From Coriobacteriia bacterium (GTDB taxonomy: Bacteria > Actinomycetota > Coriobacteriia > Coriobacteriales > QAMH01), in assembly GCA_003149935.1 (NCBI GenBank), contig QAMH01000010.1, positions 14,827-78,826 on the forward strand: a DNA stretch of 64,000 nt, written 5' to 3'. Below the pieces are notes generated by a model, which searched no databases, was not told the origin of the DNA, and saw nothing but the letters and a program-made list of their open reading frames with translations. The number at the start of each line of letters is the position of its first letter. Positions within the stretch are counted from its first letter, which is position 1. Below, one piece after another: positions 54,255-62,174 of the stretch. A program made the position numbers and the translations under genes.

Positions 54255-55511
54255 CTACTTGCCTTCCAGGTCCGGACGCACCGGAAGCACCTTCTTCTTG
54301 ACGTAGAGAGTGAGCATAACCGTAAGCACGAGGCTGACGATTGCAAGCCCGACGATGAGCGGCAGGCACGCGGCCCACACACCACCAGCGCCATCGATGA
54401 GGGCACTGGGCAGCGTCACTCCGAGAGCGCCACCGATGTTAGCGCCAATCATCATGATGCCCATAGCCATCGAGAGCGTCTTGGGATTCTTCAGGATATC
54501 GGGCACCCAAGCAAACGCCACCGGCATGTTGATCGTGGAAACGAACGAGTACCAGATGATGAAGATTGCCATGATGGCAGCCGGGACACTGAATACGACG
54601 AGGAACGTCACGATACTCACGGCGCATATCGCCAACATCAGCCAACCGCGCTTGGTCGGCTTGACGATATTGATGATGATGCCAATGAGCACACTGCCGA
54701 CAATGCCGCCAAGAGATCCCAGAGAAACCAGATTATTCGCATCTGCAGGATCCAGACCAGCGCCCATGGGGCTCGACAGGTAAGCCGGATACAGGCCAGT
54801 GTAAACAGAACATCCAAACGCCAGACCACAGCAGATGAGGGTGAGCAGCCAAGGGCCTGGCTCCTTCAAACCATCGACGATCGAAGCCTTCTCCTCTGGC
54901 TCATCGGTGCCATCGGCATCGGCAGCTTGCTGACCCGGATTCTTAATGAACAAAATGAACAACACGAGGGCGATGATCTGGCAAACGCCAACAACAATCC
55001 ACTCGCCCTGCCAGCCGAATGCAGGGACGACGCCATTAGCGATCTGAGCGACCAGAAGCTGCGCGACAGGAACCCAAATAACCCAGATACCATTGGGCAA
55101 GCCTCGTTGTTCAGGAGCGAAGCTTGCCGAGATAATCGCGACGCTTACCATGGTCAGACAGCCATAGGAAACAGCGTCGAGCACGCGGCTTGCGATAAGC
55201 AATTCGATACTCGGAGCAACGGCGCCCAAAAGGCATTCCAGAATGCCGCAGACGATGACAATGATGCCAAATGTCTTGACGCCAACCTTCTGCATGATGC
55301 CACCGGCGGGAAGCGCGGTAACCAGACAACTGATACCGACAATGGACATCATCCAGCTGACCGTAGTCATGTCAGTCCCATAGAAGTTCATGATGTTGGG
55401 CATGTTGACAGGGACCTTGAACATGCCCATTGCAATAGTGATGCCCGCGAAAAAGACGATTGCAAACTGCAACCACGCCTTTGCCGGACTCATGGTTTGC
55501 TTGTTATCCAT
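54255..55511 (-). CDS. MFS transporter
   Basis: 418 aa. AAGGAG 6 nt upstream. Starts 9 nt after the stop of the ferredoxin-subunit gene. Confidence 0.85.
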   Translation of the reverse strand: MDNKQTMSPAKAWLQFAIVFFAGITIAMGMFKVPVNMPNIMNFYGTDMTTVSWMMSIVGISCLVTALPAGGIMQKVGVKTFGIIVIVCGILECLLGAVAPSIELLIASRVLDAVSYGCLTMVSVAIISASFAPEQRGLPNGIWVIWVPVAQLLVAQIANGVVPAFGWQGEWIVVGVCQIIALVLFILFIKNPGQQAADADGTDEPEEKASIVDGLKEPGPWLLTLICCGLAFGCSVYTGLYPAYLSSPMGAGLDPADANNLVSLGSLGGIVGSVLIGIIINIVKPTKRGWLMLAICAVSIVTFLVVFSVPAAIMAIFIIWYSFVSTINMPVAFAWVPDILKNPKTLSMAMGIMMIGANIGGALGVTLPSALIDGAGGVWAACLPLIVGLAIVSLVLTVMLTLYVKKKVLPVRPDLEGK

Positions 55512-55520
55512 CGTAGCTCC

Positions 55521-56327
55521 TTATTCCTTTTCCAGTGGAAAGTCACCTATGTTGAGGCTTTCTTGCAACGTGATGGGCTTGTTCTTCACACCTTTGAAAC
55601 CTGGAGCTTCAATGTTCAAAACATACTCACCAAGATTCAGGTGCTTGAACCAAAAGTCACCAAACCCATCCGTCTCGGTCTCGAGAGTCTCGCCACTGGG
55701 GCAGCGCAAAGTCACCTTCGCACCCTCAATGATGAGATCGGCTTCTGGATCCCATACTTCACCGGAAATAAAGAAGCCGAATGGGTTGAGATAATGCACG
55801 CGCGAACCCGAATCAGCGATATTGAACGCGCCGGTATCTTGCGCAATCTCGTCAGCAAACTCCTCTTCATCACCGAAACGTAGGGCACCCGTTGCGCAGG
55901 CATCAACACAGTGAGGGAGCTCTCCTTCATCGACAAGGTGAGCGCAACCGGTGCATTTTTGAGCAAGGCTCAAATCTTCGTTCCAATACACCGCACCATA
56001 CGAGCAAAGATGCACCAGGTCTTTCCTACCCACGGCCTTCTCAGGATCGATGATAACCAGGCCATCCTCGCGACGATACACGGCTTCGGGTGCAGCCTCG
56101 ATCAAAGGGCAATACTCACAGTGACGGCACAGCATCGGACGATACTCAATGCGAACTTTAGGGACTTGGCCATGAGTGCGCTCGTACATCTTGAGCCAGA
56201 ATTGTCCCGTATTTGGCTCTGGCTTCGAGTAGGGCGGCCATGCATTGCCAACGTTCTCATCCTTGCATGCAAGCTGACAGGCGTAACAGCCGTTGCACTT
56301 GTTAAGATCAACGACGAAAGTCTTCAT
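55521..56327 (-). CDS. 4Fe-4S subunit with C-terminal beta-sandwich tail, pyrogallol transhydroxylase small-subunit (BthL)-like
   Basis: 268 aa. CNGCYACQLACKDEN, CRHCEYCP, REDGLVIIDPEKAVGRKDLVHLCSYGAVYWNEDLSLAQKCTGCAHLVDE. Tail GAKVTLRCPSGETLETETDGFGDFWFKHLNLGEYVLNI. Confidence 0.8.
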   Translation of the reverse strand: MKTFVVDLNKCNGCYACQLACKDENVGNAWPPYSKPEPNTGQFWLKMYERTHGQVPKVRIEYRPMLCRHCEYCPLIEAAPEAVYRREDGLVIIDPEKAVGRKDLVHLCSYGAVYWNEDLSLAQKCTGCAHLVDEGELPHCVDACATGALRFGDEEEFADEIAQDTGAFNIADSGSRVHYLNPFGFFISGEVWDPEADLIIEGAKVTLRCPSGETLETETDGFGDFWFKHLNLGEYVLNIEAPGFKGVKNKPITLQESLNIGDFPLEKE

Positions 56328-56329
56328 CC

Positions 56330-58915
56330 TTATGCCTCCTCTTTAATCCAGCTGGTGATGTCAACGCCCTCGGCAGGGTCATAAGGACGATTGAACGCCT
56401 CGGGGTATTCCTCTGCGAGTCTGAAAACGTCGACTTTCTCGATACCAACGAGGAAGCCACTGGTGACTTCACCCGCAGCGTTCTTGGATGTAATCTTCGA
56501 AGGAGCGATAAGATTATTGGCACCTCCACGATCGGAAACACCTGGCTCGATGGGATCGAGACGAGCGCCATGATCCTGATAAACGGTATTGGTGCGAATG
56601 CGCTCGGTCACAATAGCACCGCCCAAGACCCAACCGCGCTGGTTGTAAATCTTCACGATGTCGCCACTGATGATTCCAAGGGGAGCCGCATCTTTCGGAT
56701 TGATCCAGACGGGCTCGTACATGTAGCCATCAGGTCCCTTTACCTTGCAGGTCGGGATTTCACGGATCCAAGGAATATCATCCATGTTCGCATGAACGCG
56801 CCAACGAGGATGATTCGACACCATCAAGAAGGGATACTCTTGCGCGCGGTCGCACAGGAGGCTCTCCTGATGGCGGGTGCCATACTGGATGGAATGCGGA
56901 ACCGGCCTGCGCTCCTTGTCATCAGGGAAGTGCTCCGCGAGACCCGTTGCGTAGAATTCGATTTTGCCTGTTGGAGTCTGCAGAGGAAACGCCTCGGGGT
57001 CATTGCAGAAATTCTCCCAACCGCGGGGCAGGTCTTCCCAGTCCTCCATCGTGGGGGCAACGTAATAGCCCTTCTCCAAGAACTCATCGAACGTCATCTT
57101 GTCGGGAGCGCCTTGCTGAGCGCAATCAAAGCCAACCTTGACCCACTCCCTGACGTCCTTGCCCTCGGTGTACTCCTCGTAGAGGCCGAGCTTCTTGGCA
57201 ACTTCGCCAACGGCTTCATAGTCACTCATCGATTCTCCGAGCGACTCAACTGCCTGCGCCTCATAGAAGATGCTGCCAAACTGGCCGCCACCATTATCCT
57301 GTCCGACATCCTCTTCCTCGAACTTGGTGTTAATGGGAAGCAGGATATCCGCGAAGAGGCAGTCGTTCTCCATCCAGGGGTGTTGAGCAACGACGCATTC
57401 GATTCTCTCATCGCGAAGCGCGTCCTCCATGGTGTTGCCACCGTTCCAGCATGTCGTCCAACACGGAGTGTCCGTCCAAATCATGTGAATCGGCTCAGCT
57501 CCCGGAATGGGGTACTGATACTGCTGGAACTGGTTTTCACGTGGCCAGGAGCACACGGTGTAGCCCATCCAAGTCAAGGGATTCTCGGCCGTATAATCGC
57601 CAAGGAGCGCCTTGGCAACCAGAGTCTTGGGAATGGAAGACTTGGTTTCCTGGAAGTCCCAGCCATGGTAGGCCGCACCAACAATCATGTTGCTCGAATA
57701 GCAGGGAGCCGGTTGCTGAGACGGCAGGCCGTACATGTACCACTCGATGAACTTGACAATGTTACGACCGGGCTTGCCAAGACCCATCATGGTCATGAGC
57801 GCGGCTTCGAAACGCGCAGGCTCATGAGAGTAGGTGGAGCGAATAAACGATCCGCCATTGCCATGGCCGATGCTCGTGGCCCGCTTTGCCCATTGATGGG
57901 CAAGCGCTTTGATTTGGCGGGAGGGAACACCGCAGATAGGAGAAGCCCATTCAGGCGTCTTGGGCTGCCCATCTTCCTTGCCGAGAATATAGTACTCGAA
58001 CCAATCATAGCCCACGGAATGCGTATCGATATACTCCTGGTCAACGAGACCCTCCGTCATCCAGACATAGGCAACAGCCGCCTGCAACGCAGAGTCCGTA
58101 TTGGGAAGAACAGGAATCCATTTGTCAGCATGCACCGCTGCGCCGTAGTTGAGATCAGGGCAGATATAGACTTGCTGAACACCGATCTCGGTAAGCCAGA
58201 AGCAATAGGCGCTGGGAAGCTGCCCCTGCCAACCCCAGGTCGTCGTCTCCATATCGCAGCCCCACAGAAGCAGCATGTCGGAGTTCTCGGCGATGTCCAG
58301 AAGAAGGTTGCCGATCTCGAACTGACCCAACGGGTCTTCGCCCCACATGTGCTTTGCTCCCCAGTACCAACCTTCCCAGGAGTCTGGCTGGCGAGCCTGA
58401 TAGGTCCAATCGTCGCCGATAAGGTTCATGAGGCGTGTCGGGCATCCATGCGACGCGTGGATAACCTTCGTCTCGCCATGTCCATCGGCCTGTACAAACA
58501 CCGACGACAAACCGTAGGTGTCTTTGACGCGCATAACCTCATCGGCGACGATCTGAGTTGCCTCATCCCAGGAGATACGCTCGAACTTGCTTTTTCCTCG
58601 ATTCTGGGGATTCCTTTCTCCCTTGGGATCCCAATCAACGCGCTTCATTGGATAGAGGATGCGATTCTTCGAATACACACGATTCTTGTATGCGTATGCA
58701 TATGGCGGAAGCATGGTCTTGAGACCGGAATGAAACTCGCTTCCTCTTGCTTTGATGGTCCACGGCTTGAGATGCTCCACGGAGTACTCTTTGTCGTAGC
58801 GCAGCGGGCGTGTGCGAATAATTTTGTCATCCTGCACATCGACCTCGGCAACATTCGCACCGATGCCGAACGAGTTCAGACCCGTTGCCTTGATAACTGT
58901 TTTCTTGTCAGCCAC
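56330..58915 (-). CDS. bis-MGD molybdoenzyme, pyrogallol-phloroglucinol transhydroxylase large-subunit (AthL)-like
   Basis: 861 aa. No N-terminal Cys cluster and no signal peptide. Blocks YPMKRVDWDPKGERNPQNRG, ERISWDEA, DSWEGWYWGAKHMWG, GESMSDYEAVGEVAKKLG. Confidence 0.8.
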   Translation of the reverse strand: MADKKTVIKATGLNSFGIGANVAEVDVQDDKIIRTRPLRYDKEYSVEHLKPWTIKARGSEFHSGLKTMLPPYAYAYKNRVYSKNRILYPMKRVDWDPKGERNPQNRGKSKFERISWDEATQIVADEVMRVKDTYGLSSVFVQADGHGETKVIHASHGCPTRLMNLIGDDWTYQARQPDSWEGWYWGAKHMWGEDPLGQFEIGNLLLDIAENSDMLLLWGCDMETTTWGWQGQLPSAYCFWLTEIGVQQVYICPDLNYGAAVHADKWIPVLPNTDSALQAAVAYVWMTEGLVDQEYIDTHSVGYDWFEYYILGKEDGQPKTPEWASPICGVPSRQIKALAHQWAKRATSIGHGNGGSFIRSTYSHEPARFEAALMTMMGLGKPGRNIVKFIEWYMYGLPSQQPAPCYSSNMIVGAAYHGWDFQETKSSIPKTLVAKALLGDYTAENPLTWMGYTVCSWPRENQFQQYQYPIPGAEPIHMIWTDTPCWTTCWNGGNTMEDALRDERIECVVAQHPWMENDCLFADILLPINTKFEEEDVGQDNGGGQFGSIFYEAQAVESLGESMSDYEAVGEVAKKLGLYEEYTEGKDVREWVKVGFDCAQQGAPDKMTFDEFLEKGYYVAPTMEDWEDLPRGWENFCNDPEAFPLQTPTGKIEFYATGLAEHFPDDKERRPVPHSIQYGTRHQESLLCDRAQEYPFLMVSNHPRWRVHANMDDIPWIREIPTCKVKGPDGYMYEPVWINPKDAAPLGIISGDIVKIYNQRGWVLGGAIVTERIRTNTVYQDHGARLDPIEPGVSDRGGANNLIAPSKITSKNAAGEVTSGFLVGIEKVDVFRLAEEYPEAFNRPYDPAEGVDITSWIKEEA

Positions 58916-59056
58916 GAAATCCTACCTCCTTCAAAAAGACGCTCTCTCTTTTCTCAGAATTCTCGATACGTTTTGCGCGCGATGAACGTTGAGAATTCCC
59001 TCCGAACGTATTATTGGAAGGGGCTTGGCTGCTTGAACAGTCACTATGATTTCATA

Positions 59057-59077
59057 ATGCATATGTCAAAAATGCAT
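59057..59077. promoter_or_regulatory. Candidate LysR-type operator ATGCAT-N9-ATGCAT (contains TGCA-N11-TGCA)
   Basis: Lies in the divergent region between the Mo-enzyme operon (start 58915) and lysR (start 59177). Confidence 0.35.
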
Positions 59078-59176
59078 ACCTGCAGTTAGACGTGCATCAC
59101 GCTAAAAACGAGAACACGGCGTTGCATGTTGCAGAGGGATTTCAGGACTAGAATAGAATCGAGGGGAGGCACAGAT

Positions 59177-60052
59177 ATGCAAATTGAGTTCATTCGTGAG
59201 TTTCTCACTGTTGCGGATTGCAAAAGCATCTCTGAAGCAGCCCAGAATCTCTTCCTGACGCAGCCAGTTCTAAGCAGACATATCAAGGCGATCGAAACGG
59301 AACTTGGAACCGATTTGTTTGCCCGATCTTCAAGGGGACTCGAGCTCACCGATCTGGGCGAGGAAGTATATAACTCATTCACCAATATCTTGCGTTCATA
59401 TGACAGCCTTGTCGACCGAATAAGCGCCGTAAAGAAATTCAATACTCATTCGATTCATTTTGGCATACTGGCCATGACAGCCGATCGTTATGCCATTCCG
59501 TTGGCAAAACAATTCCGTGAAGAAAATCCTGATGTCAGGTTTACATTCATTACCCTCAAGCCCAATGACATCATCGATGGCCTGGTTGCAGGCAGACTCG
59601 ACGTAGGTTTCGTGGGAACCAACAAGTTCCAGGATAAGGGGCAGCTCACATATGTGAAAGTTGGAAAAGAGCATCTCAATCTCGCAGTACCCCTCACCAA
59701 CAAGACGGCAAAGATGGACTTCATAACCGCTGAAGATATCGGCGACAGGCCTCTCGTATGTTTAAAAATGAATGACACGACACGAGTGCTCAACAACGCG
59801 TTATTTAATGCCGGTTTTCAACCAAGAAAGATATTGTCTGTCGACGAGCTCGAAATTGTAGCCACAACAGTTCTTGAAAATAATGGGTATTTTGCAATAC
59901 CCGACTACATGCGTCCGCTTTTTAAAATGAACCCGTCGCTTCGCGTACTCAGAATTGAGCCCCCTCTACAATTCAATGCATACTTCGCATACAAGACCTC
60001 GACAGTCAACGCAACCACCAAACGCTTCATAGAGAGCGTCGAGAAACCCTGA
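59177..60052 (+). CDS. LysR-family transcriptional regulator
   Basis: ATG 59177 follows GGAGG by 8 nt. HTH SISEAAQNLFLTQPVLSRHIKAIE. Confidence 0.9.
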   Translation: MQIEFIREFLTVADCKSISEAAQNLFLTQPVLSRHIKAIETELGTDLFARSSRGLELTDLGEEVYNSFTNILRSYDSLVDRISAVKKFNTHSIHFGILAMTADRYAIPLAKQFREENPDVRFTFITLKPNDIIDGLVAGRLDVGFVGTNKFQDKGQLTYVKVGKEHLNLAVPLTNKTAKMDFITAEDIGDRPLVCLKMNDTTRVLNNALFNAGFQPRKILSVDELEIVATTVLENNGYFAIPDYMRPLFKMNPSLRVLRIEPPLQFNAYFAYKTSTVNATTKRFIESVEKP

Positions 60053-60065
60053 GCAGTTAGTATCC

Positions 60066-61019
60066 CTATTGCAAACCAAGCTCACGAAGCCTCTCGATAA
60101 CACGCTGCATCCCGTCCTCGACCTCAGGGATGCCCTCTCCTTGATTCAAAAGATATGCATGGTGCAATCCCTCACCCACAATGAACTCGACATCCCCACC
60201 TGAGCACGAAATAGCCCTGACGAATTCGCGGATACCTGGATAAAGCTCTTCAAGCGTGCCACATAGCACCAACATGGGAGCCAAACCCTTCTTTGGCCCA
60301 TAAAACGGATCGGGCGGAAAAGCGTCAGGAGCGTTTTCGGTTCCTTCCACGAGCAACCGCGCTATCTCTCTGCTCCCATACCAATCGAGCAGAGGATCAT
60401 CCACTTTATAGCCTTCGCGATCCGCAACAACTCCCATCAAGTCTACAAACGGGGAATATGGAATCAGAAGATCGGGCTGCGCGAGATCCCTCTCTGCGCA
60501 TATTTGCGAAATAGCAATAGCCAGCGCCCCTCCGGCGGAGTCCCCCATAAGGGCAATCCTTTTGTCCGGATACCTATTTCTAATCGTTTCGTATGCCTCA
60601 AGACATGAAGAAAGAATCTCCTTGATTGAAGCTGAAGGGAGCAGAGGGTACATGGGCAGTGATACACCACATCTTAGCTCTCGCACCAAACGAGCGGACA
60701 AAAAGTAGTGTGGGGGCACGGCCGGAAACACATATCCTCCGCCATGGATATAAATGACGTGGACATTGCTGACACCTCTCGAATCATCTGCCTCTTTTGG
60801 AAGCAAGGTCACGAGCTCTGCAGTGTCCGTAATCTGCGAAATTTCAATCCTTGCATCTCTTAAGACAGAGACAGGAATCTCAAGCATCTTTTTATCGGAC
60901 TGTTGGGCAATGCGGCTTCCGTCGATTATCTGAGCAAACAATTGCGGGTTGCGAAAGCCTTCAACCATATTTGCCGCACGCATCGCATCGATGCATTCTT
61001 GCGCTTGCCTGCTCAACAT
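60066..61019 (-). CDS. Alpha/beta hydrolase, hormone-sensitive-lipase (family IV) type esterase
   Basis: 317 aa. Oxyanion HGGGY, nucleophile elbow GDSAGG. Confidence 0.85.
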   Translation of the reverse strand: MLSRQAQECIDAMRAANMVEGFRNPQLFAQIIDGSRIAQQSDKKMLEIPVSVLRDARIEISQITDTAELVTLLPKEADDSRGVSNVHVIYIHGGGYVFPAVPPHYFLSARLVRELRCGVSLPMYPLLPSASIKEILSSCLEAYETIRNRYPDKRIALMGDSAGGALAIAISQICAERDLAQPDLLIPYSPFVDLMGVVADREGYKVDDPLLDWYGSREIARLLVEGTENAPDAFPPDPFYGPKKGLAPMLVLCGTLEELYPGIREFVRAISCSGGDVEFIVGEGLHHAYLLNQGEGIPEVEDGMQRVIERLRELGLQ

Positions 61020-61140
61020 AAAGCATGCCTCCTTCGGATAATGTATGCTCTTCTAGAATTAATTATTAGTGCGCGAGGCGCTGGTGCATAGGCGCTTTTT
61101 TTCATAGAGCCTATGTAATAACTGCATAGCTAGCATATAA

Positions 61141-61255
61141 CGTCATCGACAGTGGCGTGGCCGTGCTCTCAATGCACGCTCCCTGGGAGATCACGAGCAA
61201 GGCCGACATCTACGAGGCCCGCAAGGGCTACGAGGCGTTCCTCAAGAACGCGTAG
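61141..61255 (+). pseudogene. Orphan 3' fragment (last 37 codons plus stop) of the M18 aminopeptidase gene; right direct repeat extends to 61260
   Basis: Reads VIDSGVAVLSMHAPWEITSKADIYEARKGYEAFLKNA*, identical in protein to the end of the intact gene. There is no upstream coding continuity. Confidence 0.9.
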
Positions 61256-61269
61256 GTGACTGACACTCG

Positions 61270-61302
61270 AATGAGACAGTTGCTCTGAGCAACTGTCTCA
61301 TT
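61270..61302. repeat. Collapsed TGAGACA-family palindrome (16-bp arms), probable bidirectional terminator
   Basis: AATGAGACAGTTGCTC-T-GAGCAACTGTCTCATT. It equals the outer arms of the 19818-19890 element with the centre missing, and overlaps the PIN gene stop codon. Confidence 0.85.
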
Positions 61303-61762
61303 AGACATCCAGGAGTGCGGCCATCAGCTCCTTATCCTCATGATCGACCGTGAGGAGGAACTCCTTGGCCGTGACGCTCTTCACCTTGCTGCCCACAAAG
61401 GCGTCCTCATCACGTGTGATAATGAAATCAGCCCCGTTCAGCTCTGCGCACGCACGGACGAGCCCGTCTTCGAAGTCGGGCTCGTTGCTCCGAAGGGAGC
61501 GGTCGCATTCCTCTGCGGAAACGGGAGCAACCGCCACGAGGCCCAGAAGGTTCTCGAGCGCCTCGCGCGCAATCGCCTCGCTGTAAGCCCGACACAAGAT
61601 GTAGTAGGCGTCGTTGAAGGAAGTCGCTGCCGCAAATCCGTAATCTCCACTACCGTTGCACCACCTCAGCAACGCAAGCGCTTCGTCATGCTGAGGACGA
61701 TTGGGAATAACACTATCCAGGAGAATATTGGTGTCGAGCAAGATCCTATACATCGCGCTCAC
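61301..61762 (-). CDS. PIN-domain toxin (VapC-like)
   Basis: MYRILLDTNILLD... and the C-terminal ITRDEDAF acidic residues. The start may be ATG 61753. Confidence 0.8.
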   Translation of the reverse strand: MSAMYRILLDTNILLDSVIPNRPQHDEALALLRWCNGSGDYGFAAATSFNDAYYILCRAYSEAIAREALENLLGLVAVAPVSAEECDRSLRSNEPDFEDGLVRACAELNGADFIITRDEDAFVGSKVKSVTAKEFLLTVDHEDKELMAALLDV

Positions 61763-62039
61763 CCAGAAGGTCTTTCATCTGCGCATCTGACATACCTGCA
61801 AACGCCTCGGGCGCTGGCGGAAGCGTCTCCACGAACTCGACGAAGCGAGAGAACTGGGCGCTTGGAACCGGCTTGCTGGCAGGCGCGGTCAGAGCCTCGG
61901 GCAACTCCCCCGTCTGGGCGATCGAGAACCACGTGGCCTTGATCACATCGGCCACTGTAAGGCCCGATGCGCGTATGACGCGATCTGCGCGCTCCTTTAT
62001 GGCTTGGTCAATTCGGCCCGAGACAACAGCAGTTTGCAT
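61746..62039 (-). CDS. RelB/DinJ-type (RHH) antitoxin
   Basis: Start at MQTAVVSGRIDQAIKERADRVIRASGLTVADVIK (ATG 62039 after GGAGGG). Overlaps the PIN gene start. Confidence 0.65.
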   Translation of the reverse strand: MQTAVVSGRIDQAIKERADRVIRASGLTVADVIKATWFSIAQTGELPEALTAPASKPVPSAQFSRFVEFVETLPPAPEAFAGMSDAQMKDLLGERDV

Positions 62040-62056
62040 AACGCCCTCCATCTTGA

Positions 62057-62071
62057 TGTATACAGTATACA
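62057..62071. promoter_or_regulatory. 15-bp palindrome TGTATAC-A-GTATACA upstream of antitoxin gene (candidate autoregulatory operator)
   Basis: 7-bp perfect inverted repeat, 18 nt upstream of the antitoxin ATG. Confidence 0.35.
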
Positions 62072-62138
62072 CCGACAAGGAGGAGCTATTCCAACGAGGC
62101 GTCATCAAAAACGCATAGGAGTTATTGTTTGAACCTGT

Positions 62139-62170
62139 AGTCGCTAGGCGCGGGGTCGCGCCTAGCGACT
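62139..62170 (-). terminator. 13-bp-stem hairpin just downstream of purL
   Basis: AGTCGCTAGGCGC-GGGGTC-GCGCCTAGCGACT. No clear T-run. Confidence 0.45.
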
Positions 62171-62174
62171 CACC

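Larger units (their letters stand above)
52201..61140. mobile_element. 8.9-kb lower-GC genomic island (no recombinase gene visible)
   Basis: Bounded by the 120-bp direct repeats. Sampled lines give 24-36/60 GC versus 38-39/60 outside. Self-contained regulator + enzyme + transporter cargo. Confidence 0.55.

Noticed and set aside
56570-59089. 839-aa plus-strand ORF antisense to the transhydroxylase-like gene
   Set aside because: No motifs. The minus-strand product aligns block-wise with a known enzyme family.
52201-61140. Search for an integrase, transposase, relaxase or phage genes inside the repeat-bounded island
   Set aside because: Every ORF of reasonable size is accounted for by transporters, enzyme subunits, LysR and an esterase. 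No recombinase-like motifs were seen in any frame, so the element cannot be called an ICE, prophage or IS-composite transposon from this window.
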